Shown: piece by piece, positions 21,446 to 30,360 of the stretch
How the letters are laid out: each line of letters opens with the position of its first letter
How positions within the stretch are numbered: position 1 is the stretch's first letter
Origin: an uncultured Gammaproteobacteria bacterium
GTDB taxonomy: Bacteria > Patescibacteriota > Patescibacteriia > UBA9934
Reading direction: 5' to 3'
NCBI GenBank assembly: GCA_964414795.1
Contig: CAYPWV010000001.1
Location: 5,221 to 69,220 of the forward strand
Length of the DNA stretch: 64,000 bases
Made by a program: the position numbers and the translations under genes
The notes under the pieces: model-generated
What the model was told of the DNA's origin: nothing
Databases searched by the model: none
Seen by the model: only the letters and a program-made list of their open reading frames with translations

Positions 21446-22555
21446 TTACCATTGCACAATCTTTTTAAGAAGATAAAAATATCCTGCAAGAACCGGATTT
21501 ATTACATGAGTGAGTAGAGGATTTTCTACCTCTTGTGCGGCGATGATGCCCGTGACATCTTTTAAGATTTCCTGGTCAGAAACGGTTCTCATGCGCTGTA
21601 CCGTCTTCCTCCGCTCCACAATTTCATGCCAATGCTGGGAGATAAAAAAGTATTTCCATGCACGCAGCTTTTCCCTCCACCATCCTGAACGACATGCAAA
21701 AAGAAGCGTGCCGATTTCCATCACAAGAAATACGGGCAAGATGAGAAGCAACGTTCCCACTTTCAAATGCGTGAGGTGCGTGATAATACGATTACGCTCC
21801 ATCCAATAGAACTTCGTGATACTGCGAGAAAATTCGTAGTAGTGATAGACAACCGAGCTGTTGTCACACGCAATGTCGTATCCGCGCAACCGCGCACGCC
21901 ACGCGAGATCAAGGTCTTCGTGATACATAAAGTAGCCAGGATCGAATAGGCCCCCTATGTCCCCCAGCACCTTTGCACGAACCAGTAGTCCCGCACCAGA
22001 AGGGTAAAAACGCGGTACACCGCCTCGCAGTACCTCATCGCTTGCCCCAGCCTCATACACCTTGCGATGACCAATGGCATACCCAAACCCCAAAAAATGC
22101 ATAGCATTTCCGATGGTGTTCATCTTTTCGGGCTCTTGCCCAAGCATAATGCGCGACTGCACGAGTGCGGTTTTTGGATGAGCGTCTGCGTATGCAATGA
22201 TATTTGTTAAAAAGTCTGGCGTGAGTGACGTATCTTCATTCAGCAGGTAGAGATATTCTGGGTCGAATGATGCAGAAAAATGTTCATACGCATATGTATG
22301 CCCTCCCGAATATCCTCGATTCTTTTCGCTCTTATAAAAAATGATTTCGGTAAATCCTTTCTCTCTCAATACCGCGATTTTTTCATCTAAAAACGCATGC
22401 AAATTTCCCAACGCCGAAGGATGATCGCTGATAACAATAGCCACTCCTCCTTCGGGAATTTGCACATGAGAAAAACTCTCAAAAAACCTGTGGAGTTTTT
22501 CTTCAATATCCGCAGTGCGGTAAGTAAGAATTTGGATGACTACTTTTTTCGGCAT
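21446..22555 (-). CDS. GT2 glycosyltransferase
   Basis: N.GY.GG, LLNED, SGA, FD..YFMYHEDLDL.WR. Confidence 0.88.
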   Translation of the reverse strand: MPKKVVIQILTYRTADIEEKLHRFFESFSHVQIPEGGVAIVISDHPSALGNLHAFLDEKIAVLREKGFTEIIFYKSEKNRGYSGGHTYAYEHFSASFDPEYLYLLNEDTSLTPDFLTNIIAYADAHPKTALVQSRIMLGQEPEKMNTIGNAMHFLGFGYAIGHRKVYEAGASDEVLRGGVPRFYPSGAGLLVRAKVLGDIGGLFDPGYFMYHEDLDLAWRARLRGYDIACDNSSVVYHYYEFSRSITKFYWMERNRIITHLTHLKVGTLLLILPVFLVMEIGTLLFACRSGWWREKLRAWKYFFISQHWHEIVERRKTVQRMRTVSDQEILKDVTGIIAAQEVENPLLTHVINPVLAGYFYLLKKIVQW

Positions 22556-23406
22556 AAGAAAATATATCCATCCATACATGCTCCCGTAAACAGTGCCCAG
22601 GGCACAAAAAGCGCAAGGACGCAGGCTTGCCACAAGGGATGCCATTTTGCAAAAAAGCGTACCATACTCCTTGAAAAACGGAGTTGCCTTATAAAAACCG
22701 ATTGCTGAGAAAAGGTTCTTCCTACATAATCTTGCGCCGTAGCTTCGGCGCTGTACCAAATACCATAGCCCGCTTGCTTTGCACGCAAGCAATAATCCAC
22801 CTCTTCAAACCATACAAAAAAACGATCGCTATCAAACAATCCTACCTTCTCATACACCTCACGTCGAAAGGCAAAAAATGATCCACGTACCTGCTCAACT
22901 ATCTGGGATTTAGTGTAATCAATATCGAGTGCAAGGTATCGAGCGATAAGGTGAGGGAAAAATTTTGCAAGCTTAGTGATAGTTGCAAACTGATCGATGA
23001 AGTGAGGATCTCTGCGCACGGAAGGCATGGTTGATCCGTCTTGCTTAAGCAAATGAATACCCATGACACCAATGTCTTTTCGCAACTCAAGCGTATGCAC
23101 GGTGTGCGCAAGCGCGCCTGGGTGTACGAGCATGTCGGGATTAAGCAAAAGAATTATATCTCCGCTTGATATCTTCATACCCTGATTGCACGCGTATCCA
23201 AATCCGGTGTTGCGATTATTAGCAATACAACATACTTCAGGAAATTCTTTTTTGAGCATTGCCATGGTTCCATCATGTGAGCCGTTATCTACCACAAAAA
23301 TCTCATAGGAAACTTCATGCGCAAGAGAAAAAAGCCGCGTGAGATTTGCATGCAAAAGTTCGCGCACGTTCAAACTTACGATGATGATGGAGAGTTTTGG
23401 CTTCAT
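22540..23406 (-). CDS. GT2 glycosyltransferase (WbbL-like rhamnosyltransferase)
   Basis: VVDNGS.DGT, N.GF..ACNQG, LLNPD, F..FEEVDYC; next to the rml genes. Confidence 0.88.
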   Translation of the reverse strand: MKPKLSIIIVSLNVRELLHANLTRLFSLAHEVSYEIFVVDNGSHDGTMAMLKKEFPEVCCIANNRNTGFGYACNQGMKISSGDIILLLNPDMLVHPGALAHTVHTLELRKDIGVMGIHLLKQDGSTMPSVRRDPHFIDQFATITKLAKFFPHLIARYLALDIDYTKSQIVEQVRGSFFAFRREVYEKVGLFDSDRFFVWFEEVDYCLRAKQAGYGIWYSAEATAQDYVGRTFSQQSVFIRQLRFSRSMVRFFAKWHPLWQACVLALFVPWALFTGACMDGYIFLCRKK

Positions 23407-24266
23407 ACGTGCGTGCGCGATAAAAACGCTTTCAACGCCTCATGTCGCGTACGAAGAGGAGGAAGCTTGGTATTGAGAAGAACCGCATGTGCGGGGCAAG
23501 GCGTGGGGCGAGGAAATACGCTCCGCGCAACAGGAATCAGCGGCGTAGAAATATGCGCCTCTACAAAAACTTCTTGCACAAATCCGTAGACGGTGACACC
23601 CGAACCGCTATTCACGACGTGATAAATACCTGGTGCTCTCTTCTGTTCAAGCAGTGAAATAATTTCCTCGGCAACATCTTCGGTAAACGTAGGACATCCC
23701 TCTTCTTCATCAACAACCTGAAGCTCTGGCTTTATTTTTGCAAGTCGCAGCATAAGCGCAACAACATCCTCTTTTGCGTTTTCGCTCAGCGCCTTTTCGC
23801 CAAATGTTTTTGATGTGCGCACAACATACCACTCTCCACCTTCTTCTGCGACCGCTTGCTCTCCTCTGAGCTTTGTTTTTCCATAGCGCGAAAGAGGGTT
23901 TGGCACGGCATCTTCGGTATATCCCTCTAAATTATCTCCCGCGAATACATAATCGGTGCTCACATGCACAAAGGGAAGAGAAAGTTCACGAGCAACACGC
24001 GCAAGAAAACCGGGAGCATCCCCATTCACACGCATCGCCGAAGCAAAGCGCGCATCGTCGGTTTCTATAAGATCGAGATGATTATCCGCAGTGCAGTTGA
24101 TGATTGCGTCGGGATGCTGTTCGTGCATCGCTTTGCGCACAGCGTCCTCATTCGTAACATCAAGCATACGAGAATCAAAAGCAAGCATGACATGACCACG
24201 ATACTCCCCTGCTCGCACCACATCCTTTCCGAGCATTCCCTTTGCTCCCAACACCGCAATCTTCAT
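23403..24266 (-). CDS. rmlD: dTDP-4-dehydrorhamnose reductase
   Basis: GAKGMLG, STDYVF, YGKTK. Confidence 0.92.
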   Translation of the reverse strand: MKIAVLGAKGMLGKDVVRAGEYRGHVMLAFDSRMLDVTNEDAVRKAMHEQHPDAIINCTADNHLDLIETDDARFASAMRVNGDAPGFLARVARELSLPFVHVSTDYVFAGDNLEGYTEDAVPNPLSRYGKTKLRGEQAVAEEGGEWYVVRTSKTFGEKALSENAKEDVVALMLRLAKIKPELQVVDEEEGCPTFTEDVAEEIISLLEQKRAPGIYHVVNSGSGVTVYGFVQEVFVEAHISTPLIPVARSVFPRPTPCPAHAVLLNTKLPPLRTRHEALKAFLSRTHV

Positions 24267-24270
24267 AGCG

Positions 24271-24807
24271 CTACCACGGAAGATCAAGCCCCTCAAAACG
24301 GGGTGCGGCTTCATCTTTTGCCGAAAGTGCAGGAACTAGAGGCCATGCAATGGCAAACGTGGGATCGTTCCATGCAATTGCACGATCGAGTTCTTTATTA
24401 AAAACAGACGAAGCTTTATAGAGCATCTCGCAATCTTCTAGTGCGTAAAATCCGTGGGCGCATCCCTCCGGAATATAGAGCATCTTTTTATTTTCGGCGG
24501 ATAATTCAATACCAAACCACTGCTTATACGTAGGAGAATTTTTACGCAAATCAACGGAAACATCCCACAAGCGTCCTTGGGTACAACGCACTAACTTCGC
24601 CATTGCATGGGGTGGTAATTGAAAATGCAAACCGCGCAACACCCCTTTTTTAGAAAAGGAATGATTGTCTTGCACAAAAACGGTGTGAATGCCTAACTCA
24701 GCAAATTTTTCCGCATTATACGATTCAAAAAAGAATCCGCGGTCATCGAGAAAAACATCGGGCTCAATAATCTTTAGCCCCTGGATTGAAGTGTCGACGC
24801 TTTGCAT
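24271..24807 (-). CDS. rmlC: dTDP-4-dehydrorhamnose 3,5-epimerase
   Basis: D.RGFF.E, QDNHS.S..GVLRGLHFQ, AHGF. Confidence 0.96.
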   Translation of the reverse strand: MQSVDTSIQGLKIIEPDVFLDDRGFFFESYNAEKFAELGIHTVFVQDNHSFSKKGVLRGLHFQLPPHAMAKLVRCTQGRLWDVSVDLRKNSPTYKQWFGIELSAENKKMLYIPEGCAHGFYALEDCEMLYKASSVFNKELDRAIAWNDPTFAIAWPLVPALSAKDEAAPRFEGLDLPW

Positions 24808-24809
24808 AC

Positions 24810-25826
24810 TTAGATTCTTTTTGTTTGACCGAAATGTTCTTGATACCATTCCTTATAGTGCGCGCTTGCCTTAATAGGCTTCCACCACCATTCATTTTTT
24901 CGATACCACGTTACCATGTCGCGCAATCCTTCTTCAAACGTGGTAGATGGCTTCCATCCCAATTCTTGCTCTATTTTGTTAAAAGCAATGGCATATCGCT
25001 TATCTTGCCCAGGGCGATCGGGAAGGAATTCGAGCAATGATTCTTGGAGTCCCATGACCGAAAGAAGTGCCTTTGCAGTATCGAGAATAGTCATCTCTGC
25101 GTCCCCTCCCATCATGTATGTTTCTCCTATGCGTCCACGTTCAAGAATGGCAAGGATTCCTCGTGCGTGATCTCCTGCAAAAATCCAATCACGAACCTGA
25201 TGACCATCTCCATGAACAGGAATACCATCACCCGCTAACAAATTAGTGATCCAAATAGACAAAGCTTTTTCTGGATACAAGAATGCGCCGTAATTATTTG
25301 TGCAGTTAGAAATGGTTGCCTGCAAGCCATGCGTTTCAATCGCTGCACGCACCAAATGATCGGATGCGGCTTTGGTTGCACTGTACGGATTGCGAGGATT
25401 GTACGGCGTTATTTCTGAAAACTTTGGATCATTGGGCGAAAGTGATCCGAACACCTCATCGGTAGAGACATGGTGCAGGCGTTTTCCAAAACGCAAACAG
25501 GCATCAATCAGGCGCTGTGTTCCCAAGATGTTGGTGAGAATAAAAGGCTCAACGTCAACAATAGAACGGTCAACATGCGTCTCTGCCGCAAAGTGAGCAA
25601 CGGCATCAACCCCCGAAATTAAATGTTCCACGAGCTGCTTATCGGTAATGCTTCCATACACGAATTTATAGCGCGTATTTAACTGAAAATCTACGGTATT
25701 TACTAAATTCCCCGCGTAGGTAAGTGCGTCAAGATTTACCACTTCCCAATCGGGACGCTCGGCGATGATTGTACGAATAAAGTGCGATCCAATAAACCCG
25801 CAGCCTCCGGTTACCAAAATCTTCAT
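24810..25826 (-). CDS. rmlB: dTDP-glucose 4,6-dehydratase
   Basis: GGCGFIGS, LTYAGN, AAETHVDRSI, STDEV, YSATK. Confidence 0.97.
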   Translation of the reverse strand: MKILVTGGCGFIGSHFIRTIIAERPDWEVVNLDALTYAGNLVNTVDFQLNTRYKFVYGSITDKQLVEHLISGVDAVAHFAAETHVDRSIVDVEPFILTNILGTQRLIDACLRFGKRLHHVSTDEVFGSLSPNDPKFSEITPYNPRNPYSATKAASDHLVRAAIETHGLQATISNCTNNYGAFLYPEKALSIWITNLLAGDGIPVHGDGHQVRDWIFAGDHARGILAILERGRIGETYMMGGDAEMTILDTAKALLSVMGLQESLLEFLPDRPGQDKRYAIAFNKIEQELGWKPSTTFEEGLRDMVTWYRKNEWWWKPIKASAHYKEWYQEHFGQTKRI

Positions 25827-25881
25827 AGTTTCTTTGAGGGTAACATACGCCCTAAAAAGGGACAACAGCAGGAAGCTCGCT

Positions 25882-26325
25882 CTAGTCAGCTAATTCCCGA
25901 TAAAAAATCCCGGCACGAATAGAGGCTAAAGCGCCTCTCACATTGGGAATGGTATTTTCGGGCAAAGCATCCCAGGAATACCACGCAATTTCATCACATT
26001 TTCCTGGCTCTTTATTCACGATCTCTCCCGTCCAGCTCGCACAAGAGTAGAAAAAGTCGATTCGTTCTCCATCGTTGCAATGCAGGCGATGCTGGACATG
26101 CACAAAGGTAAGATCTTGGGGGTTGATGATTATGCCAATTTCTTCCCGTGCCTCACGTGCCATAGCTTCAGTAAGCGACTGCCCGCCATCATGATGACCA
26201 GCGGGAACGCAATACCACCCATCGCGATATCCCGTATTTGCTCGACGCATCAACAAGATTTTATCTTCGCGCATAAGCATGAGATAAACCGCAGGGATTA
26301 CTTTAAAGCGTTCTTTGAGAAGCAT
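25882..26325 (-). CDS. NUDIX hydrolase
   Basis: RR.NTGY.DG...PAGH, A..REA.EE.GI, N.EP.KC. Confidence 0.9.
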   Translation of the reverse strand: MLLKERFKVIPAVYLMLMREDKILLMRRANTGYRDGWYCVPAGHHDGGQSLTEAMAREAREEIGIIINPQDLTFVHVQHRLHCNDGERIDFFYSCASWTGEIVNKEPGKCDEIAWYSWDALPENTIPNVRGALASIRAGIFYRELAD

Positions 26326-26399
26326 AGAAGTGAGGAGTTTGGCAGAAAGCTTCCTTATTCGTCCGATAGGTCCCTCCTATCGTCGGGATCTTACTCATC

Positions 26400-26804
26400 T
26401 TACATCGACAAAGAACGAATCTTTTCTACAATTATCGCGAGCTCTTCTTTGGAAGGATGTGTTTTTGTAAACGATCTGGTTTCGCCGTTTTTGCGAGGCA
26501 TGATGTGGACGTGGGTATGCATTACTTCTTGTCCGGCAGATTCGCCATGATTCATACCGAGATTATAGCCATCAGCGCAAACGGCTTGCATGATTTTTGG
26601 TGCGAGTACGTACACTGCACTTATCAGTTCTCGTGCGCTTTCGTCACTTCCTGCGGACAAATTTTCTGCATGTACTTTAGGAACAACAAGCGCGTGTCCT
26701 TCGCTCACCGGACCGATATCAAGAAATGCAATGACGTGATCGTTTTCAAAAATGATTTCAGAAGGAATTTCTTTGGCGATGATTTTACAGAATAAGCATT
26801 GCAT
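26400..26804 (-). CDS. HIT family hydrolase
   Basis: C.FCKI, GHALVVPK.H, HTHVH. Confidence 0.94.
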   Translation of the reverse strand: MQCLFCKIIAKEIPSEIIFENDHVIAFLDIGPVSEGHALVVPKVHAENLSAGSDESARELISAVYVLAPKIMQAVCADGYNLGMNHGESAGQEVMHTHVHIMPRKNGETRSFTKTHPSKEELAIIVEKIRSLSM

Positions 26805-26807
26805 ATT

Positions 26808-27113
26808 TTACGACTGCTCAAGAATAATCCTCTTTTCAAAACCTCCCCGTTCGGCTTTCTTATGTTGCTTCTTTTCTAAAAGATTTTCAAATGTATCACC
26901 CGCAAGAAGGCCGAGTGCCTCAACAACTTCAAGAATATCCGCCAATTCATCAGACGATCCGCTTTTTCTATACTCATCCCATTCTTCCAAAAACTTCTCC
27001 CGCAACTTTTCGCGATATTCATCTTCGGTCGCAATGTGAAAGAGACACTCTTCGCCCTTTGCGATAATGCGATCAGGCATGTTGTCGCGCACCAGTTTAT
27101 TGTAGATGTTCAT
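26808..27113 (-). CDS. MazG-like nucleoside triphosphate pyrophosphohydrolase
   Basis: YNKLVRD..P, K..EE..E, ELADILEV, K...RGGF. Confidence 0.88.
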   Translation of the reverse strand: MNIYNKLVRDNMPDRIIAKGEECLFHIATEDEYREKLREKFLEEWDEYRKSGSSDELADILEVVEALGLLAGDTFENLLEKKQHKKAERGGFEKRIILEQS

Positions 27114-27118
27114 AGAGC

Positions 27119-27996
27119 TTACGGTAGTTTACTAAGTTCATCGCGCCTACGATGCAATTCTGCGTAGTCTTCTTCACGCCTTACAATGTTCCGAAGCTTT
27201 TTCAGCATATCGTCAGTGACTTGATTACGCGTGTAATACGTCTTGATCGTCTCTCCTGTGTCGAGATCGAAACGAGAGTCATACGTGTAATATTCCTCTA
27301 GACTATTTCGTCTCCCTCCTGCTGCTTCAAAACGCGCAACAAGTTTATCGTACATTACACGTCGTGTCGCGGTGTACACATCGGTATTTTCTTGCGACTG
27401 AACGTAAGCGACTTCTTCTTTACTCACACGAACATCACGAAACTCTTCACCAATCTTTTTGGCACGTCGTTCTTTAATCATCGCCACATCATGCGAGTGC
27501 TGAGCGATATCTTGTGCTTCTTCTCGCTGACGAATTTCTTGCAATACTGCACTTCTCGCTTCGGCATCAAGCGTCTTATGCTTTATACGTGCGTCGATAA
27601 CCATACAAGCCTGTAAAATATCCCTCTCCCCATCACTATGATAAGGGTTGGAATCTTTAGTACGTGGCAAAACGGCGGTAATATATTCAGGAGGAATTGA
27701 TCCCTTGATGACTACTTTTCCGTCCGTACGACCAGTAAGCGCATCAATTTTTGACGAAGGCACATCGAGAACCATCACTTCTGCGGTTCCAAAATCCGCA
27801 GTTTGTTTTGCGTTTGTCGTTGCGGGAATAATGGAAGAAAAGATTCATTCTCAGGAACGGCAATGATCTCAGTGTCGATGCCATGCTCCGCAAGCATGTT
27901 ATGTAGTTGCTCATCGAGAGAACGCTCTCGATGATCATCTTCCCTATCTACCGTCCGTCGTCTGCCATCTTTTTCTTGCTCTTGAGAATCACTCAT
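27119..27996 (-). pseudogene. Probable split (frameshifted or internally deleted) hypothetical gene
   Basis: ORFs 27775-27996 and 27119-27778 overlap. The downstream frame stays open 22 codons upstream of its start (IFSSIIPATTNAKQTADFGTAE) to about 27844. Confidence 0.5.
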
Positions 27997-28207
27997 ACTT
28001 TTTCAAAAATACGTACTCGATCAAAAGCAAACATCCCGGAATAAGAACCAACACCGGAAACGGAAACACATACGAAACAAATCCCGAATGTCGCCATTCA
28101 AAAAACGCGAATACGAAAAATGCGATGAACCAAGTGATGAAATGACGATGGATGTTTTTCACAGATTTAATATCCTGATGCTGTTTTCTGTTTCTTAAAT
28201 TCTTCAA
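27989..28207 (-). CDS. Small two-TM hypothetical protein
   Basis: Two hydrophobic segments; packs between co-oriented genes. Confidence 0.4.
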   Translation of the reverse strand: MKNLRNRKQHQDIKSVKNIHRHFITWFIAFFVFAFFEWRHSGFVSYVFPFPVLVLIPGCLLLIEYVFLKKYE

Positions 28208-29681
28208 TTAAATCAGGGTAAGCCTCCATGCGGCGTTCAAAATTCTGAAGTTTATCAATGGGTATCTTTTGTCCACGAAACTTATTTTCCAGCTGTACAA
28301 AAAACATGTGCATATATTTGGGGATGTGCTCACGGATCATTAACTCACCTTGCTTTTTTATCCCCTCTCCATACTCAGGAAGAACCATTTTACTTATATC
28401 AAGAAAGATACGACGTTCATTATCAATCGTTTGTTGAAATTCTCTGGGATTGAAGAAGATATTAAAAATATCGCTCTGAATCACCTCTCTCCTTGCGACC
28501 CAATCATTAAGAAATGATCTTATTGATGCGGTGAAGAAATGAACAAGCTTTTTCTCGACATCAAGAGGATCTTGCTCTGAATATTCCGCCGCCCTAAAAA
28601 ACTTTTCTTTATATTTATTAAAATCTTCTCGAAGGAGATGAAAAATAGTTTCTGGTGTACTCGACGAAAAAGCAGTTTTTATAAAGAGATTAAAATGTAC
28701 AAAAGTTGGCCTGCTCCAGGCTTGATATTGACGCATCTTTACTTCTTTTGTTGAGCTCTTCTTCACGATTTCTTCAAACGTTATGCGAGAAAGAAGGTCT
28801 TTATATTCCTCAGGAATTATGCTTTTCCGTTGCTCAAACTCATCCTTATGTTCCCGAATAATATCCTCGCCGGAACGACTGTTGCTTAGAGCGTTATAAA
28901 ACAATACATATGACAAATGATCCTCGAATTTAGTAAACCATGCCTCAGCACCTTCCTTGATACATCTACCTATTCCCTTTTCATATGCATCACGTAATTT
29001 TTTAACATCAGAATACGTGGGTACGAATGCGATATTTCTCTCAAATTTAGCACGTGCATCTGCTATTTTTTTATTCATCTCTTCTAGAGAATTCGTTGCA
29101 CCAATATCAAATTCTCCAGCAAACTTTCCTTCTAGTCCGTCACGAACCCAAAATTCCAAACAATACTCTTGTAAAGAACATAATTTTTCTTCAAATAAAG
29201 ATTGATATTTACGTGCCTGATCAGGCGTGGCTTTTTTTAATTTTTCACTCAACTCGAAACGCTTTTCTCTACACAGCGCATGCCAAGAACTAACATCAAA
29301 ATTACCCGAAAGAACATCCAAAAACTTAAAAGAAAAATAGGAGGGAAATGTAAACTCTTTCTCAATCCATTCCAAAATTCGTTTTTCTAAAAACTCTGCC
29401 TCTTTTTTTTCACTCTCTGCTAAAGCGTCATATCGCTTCCTCTTTTCAGGTTTAGAGAGTATCTCCCACGCAGCAAGAATGGCAAGTGTCGCTCGCTCTC
29501 CGTGTTCAGTTTTATCTCTATCTTGATGGAACTTTCTAATGAGCTTACGAAAAGCTCTTTGGATTTCTTCATAAGATGCATCCTCTTGAACTCCTAAAAC
29601 TTGGTAAAAATTTCTGCCCTCCAGCGGATCAAATTCTTTTTCTTTAAGTCCTCTATATTTCTCTAATGCAAAGCTGTCCAT
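28167..29681 (-). CDS. J-domain protein with a long helical orphan C-terminus
   Basis: NFYQVLGV..DAS.EEI..AFRKL...FHQD...AWEILS.PEKRKRYD; AT-rich. Confidence 0.8.
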   Translation of the reverse strand: MDSFALEKYRGLKEKEFDPLEGRNFYQVLGVQEDASYEEIQRAFRKLIRKFHQDRDKTEHGERATLAILAAWEILSKPEKRKRYDALAESEKKEAEFLEKRILEWIEKEFTFPSYFSFKFLDVLSGNFDVSSWHALCREKRFELSEKLKKATPDQARKYQSLFEEKLCSLQEYCLEFWVRDGLEGKFAGEFDIGATNSLEEMNKKIADARAKFERNIAFVPTYSDVKKLRDAYEKGIGRCIKEGAEAWFTKFEDHLSYVLFYNALSNSRSGEDIIREHKDEFEQRKSIIPEEYKDLLSRITFEEIVKKSSTKEVKMRQYQAWSRPTFVHFNLFIKTAFSSSTPETIFHLLREDFNKYKEKFFRAAEYSEQDPLDVEKKLVHFFTASIRSFLNDWVARREVIQSDIFNIFFNPREFQQTIDNERRIFLDISKMVLPEYGEGIKKQGELMIREHIPKYMHMFFVQLENKFRGQKIPIDKLQNFERRMEAYPDLIEEFKKQKTASGY

Positions 29682-29748
29682 AGGTGTTTATTACGTAATA
29701 ATTTTTTTCTTTTTCATAACATCCCACCCCCTAGCCCCAACACCCTCC

Positions 29749-30360
29749 CTACAATCTCCTCTCCCATAATCCTTTCACAAACCATTTTACCTCACCCATA
29801 ACAGACGTTGTGCGTATAAATGTTATGTCAACCGCATGAATGATGGGCTTTTCGGATATATCTTCGACTCCTGGAAGCGATAAAATGAGTTTATAAGCTC
29901 CGTTTTCTTTTTGCACGTTATCTAAAGAGAATGATGCTGTGCCGGATGTCCATTGATCGCTTTCCTGTTGAGAAGTAAGCGGTGAAAGAGTAAAGGTTTG
30001 TTGTGTGAAATTTTGCATTAAGCCGAGTTCGAATTTTTCTTGATCGTGCAGGTCGTAAGCGACGCTCACGTGCATCTCTTGCCACAGGCCCGCAGGAGGG
30101 ACTATCGACATGTACAACGGTTCGTCGATCGCCGTTATGCATGTGCCGCGATCATCAGCACAAGATGCCGTACGATTATCAGGAAGAGGTCGACCGATGA
30201 GCACTGAGTTCTCCCCTGCTTTCCAAGAAATAGTTTTTTCGCCCGATGGTGCGAGATAGATCCACGTGAGGATAGAAAATAATAAGACGGGAAGCGCTAT
30301 GGGAAGGAGCCAGGGAATAATAAGATGACGATCTTCTCTTTTATTCTCGGGTAATTGCAT
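29749..30360 (-). CDS. Hypothetical membrane-anchored protein
   Basis: N-terminal TM and beta-rich domain; overlaps the upstream gene by 20 nt. Confidence 0.65.
   Translation of the reverse strand: MQLPENKREDRHLIIPWLLPIALPVLLFSILTWIYLAPSGEKTISWKAGENSVLIGRPLPDNRTASCADDRGTCITAIDEPLYMSIVPPAGLWQEMHVSVAYDLHDQEKFELGLMQNFTQQTFTLSPLTSQQESDQWTSGTASFSLDNVQKENGAYKLILSLPGVEDISEKPIIHAVDITFIRTTSVMGEVKWFVKGLWERRL

Noticed and set aside
23403-25826. rmlA missing from the rmlBCD cluster
   Set aside because: rmlA is often encoded elsewhere and this cannot be judged from one window.
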